A DNA stretch of 64,000 nucleotides, from the NCBI RefSeq assembly GCF_036971445.1, contig NC_091477.1:11160001-11224000 (forward strand). The letters are read 5' to 3'. Under the pieces are notes generated by a model that was not told where the DNA came from, did not search any database, and was given only the letters and a program-made list of their open reading frames with translations. Of this stretch, positions 62,851 to 64,000 are shown in pieces; position 1 is the first letter of the stretch; each line of letters begins with the position of its first letter. A program made the position numbers and the translations under genes. Origin of the DNA: Narcine bancroftii. Lineage: Eukaryota.

Positions 62851-62985
62851 AAAATGGATGAGAGGGGGGAGGGATGGGGGGGTGGCTTGGGAGGAGGGAG
62901 GGGGAGGGAGAAAAAGTCACTGTAAATGTGTGGAAAAGAAAAAGTGTATATCATGGCTATTGTGATTTATGGTGTGAAAAATAAA

Positions 62986-63035
<50 letters not shown>
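62851..63035 (+). mobile_element. Young L1-type 3' tip in the FGF1 intron (antisense to the gene)
   Basis: G-rich UTR resembling 10450-10600, a pure A48 run (62991-63038), and TSD aaacacttctg at 62840-62850 and 63036-63046. Confidence 0.88.
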
Positions 63036-63039
<4 letters not shown>

Positions 63040-63249
63040 ACTTCTGGATGTGTCCTGCTGCTAATTTAACAAACATTGCTCCTCTGCACTGAAGGAAAAG
63101 GATTCTCTCTTATCTCCACCAATGAATCTTTCTAGCATCTCGAATATCTCTACTGAGTTATCCCGTAATCTTTTATGTCCAAGGAAATATGAGCCAAGTC
63201 AAGTCATCAAGACTGGCCCTTTCAGGCTAATCATTATTCCTTTCTCATG

Positions 63250-63382
63250 GGAAGGGTATGAGGGGATAATGGGAAGGGTATGGGGGTATTGCCTGGATGT
63301 AGGTCAGTGGGACGAGGCAAAATAATAGTTTGCCACAGACTAGAAGGGCTGAAGGGCCAGTTTCTGTGCTGTAATATTCTAT
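63250..63382 (+). mobile_element. CR1 3' tip
   Basis: ggtcagtgggacgaggca..gactagaagggctgaagggcc..tttctgtgctgtaatattctat. Confidence 0.8.
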
Positions 63383-64000
63383 CAATCATTCCTTTGTTCT
63401 TCTTCAGATGTGGGTGCTGCTGACAAGTCCAACACTTCTAACCCATTCCAGATTGACCTTGTGGAAGGGCCAATAAGCTGTCCCTTGAACTGTGGCACTG
63501 TTGCACTGTTGACCTGAGTCAGCTAATCTCGAGCTGTGATTGGAGGTGCTCTGATTGTTTCCTGGCTAAGGAGGTTGAGAGAAACACACTGGGTTTATGC
63601 TATCGAATGTCACTCAATGATCCTGTTCAAATCTGGGCTTGTCTGAATATTAGCTGAGGGTTAGGGTTAGGGTTAAGTTTTGGGTTAATCTAGCTTCATT
63701 GTCCTCTCCCACAGTAAAAGAAACTTAACAATTCCTGGCAAGGAGAGCATCAGGAGGGTACCAGCAGTTGTTGAATGTATGATTCTGTACCCTCGAGGAG
63801 AGAAAAGGAGAACAAGAAGAACAATGTCTTTTTTTAAGTTATCCAGGAATTAGAAAGCTCTGCAATAAATGAAGGACTTAGTGTAGAAAGTGTATTGATA
63901 GAGGAGGAAGACATAAAAAACAGTAGATGGTGGAAATTGGAGCTAAATAAAACTTGGAAGAACACAGTGGGTTGAGCAGCATCTGTAGAAGGAAAAGGAA

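Overview
Vertebrate nuclear DNA. The repeat repertoire (V-SINE/HE1-like SINEs, CR1, Rex1/Babar, Penelope tails, RTE) points by inference to a cartilaginous fish, probably a ray or shark. The only host coding sequence I can support is the 195-bp terminal exon of FGF1 on the minus strand (62232-62426). The remaining ~62 kb is repeat-dense sequence downstream of it, in the interval where SPRY4 lies in other vertebrates; no SPRY4 CDS is present here. It holds young RTE LINEs, L1/Tx1-like LINEs, CR1, Rex1, about 20 Penelope-like tails with hammerhead-like motifs, several hAT MITEs, a Chapaev3 relic, a 5S-derived SINE, an LTR fragment, minisatellites and two N gaps. The most notable observations are: (1) a ~1-kb hAT element carrying a CpG-rich, coding-like exon with a splice donor, a possible gene capture; (2) a composite two-arm MITE present in three copies; (3) a dispersed Penelope/hammerhead tail family; (4) FGF1 naturally carrying H93G- and C117A-equivalent substitutions. 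All calls are by eye, with no database searches. Repeat boundaries are approximate unless a TSD is quoted.
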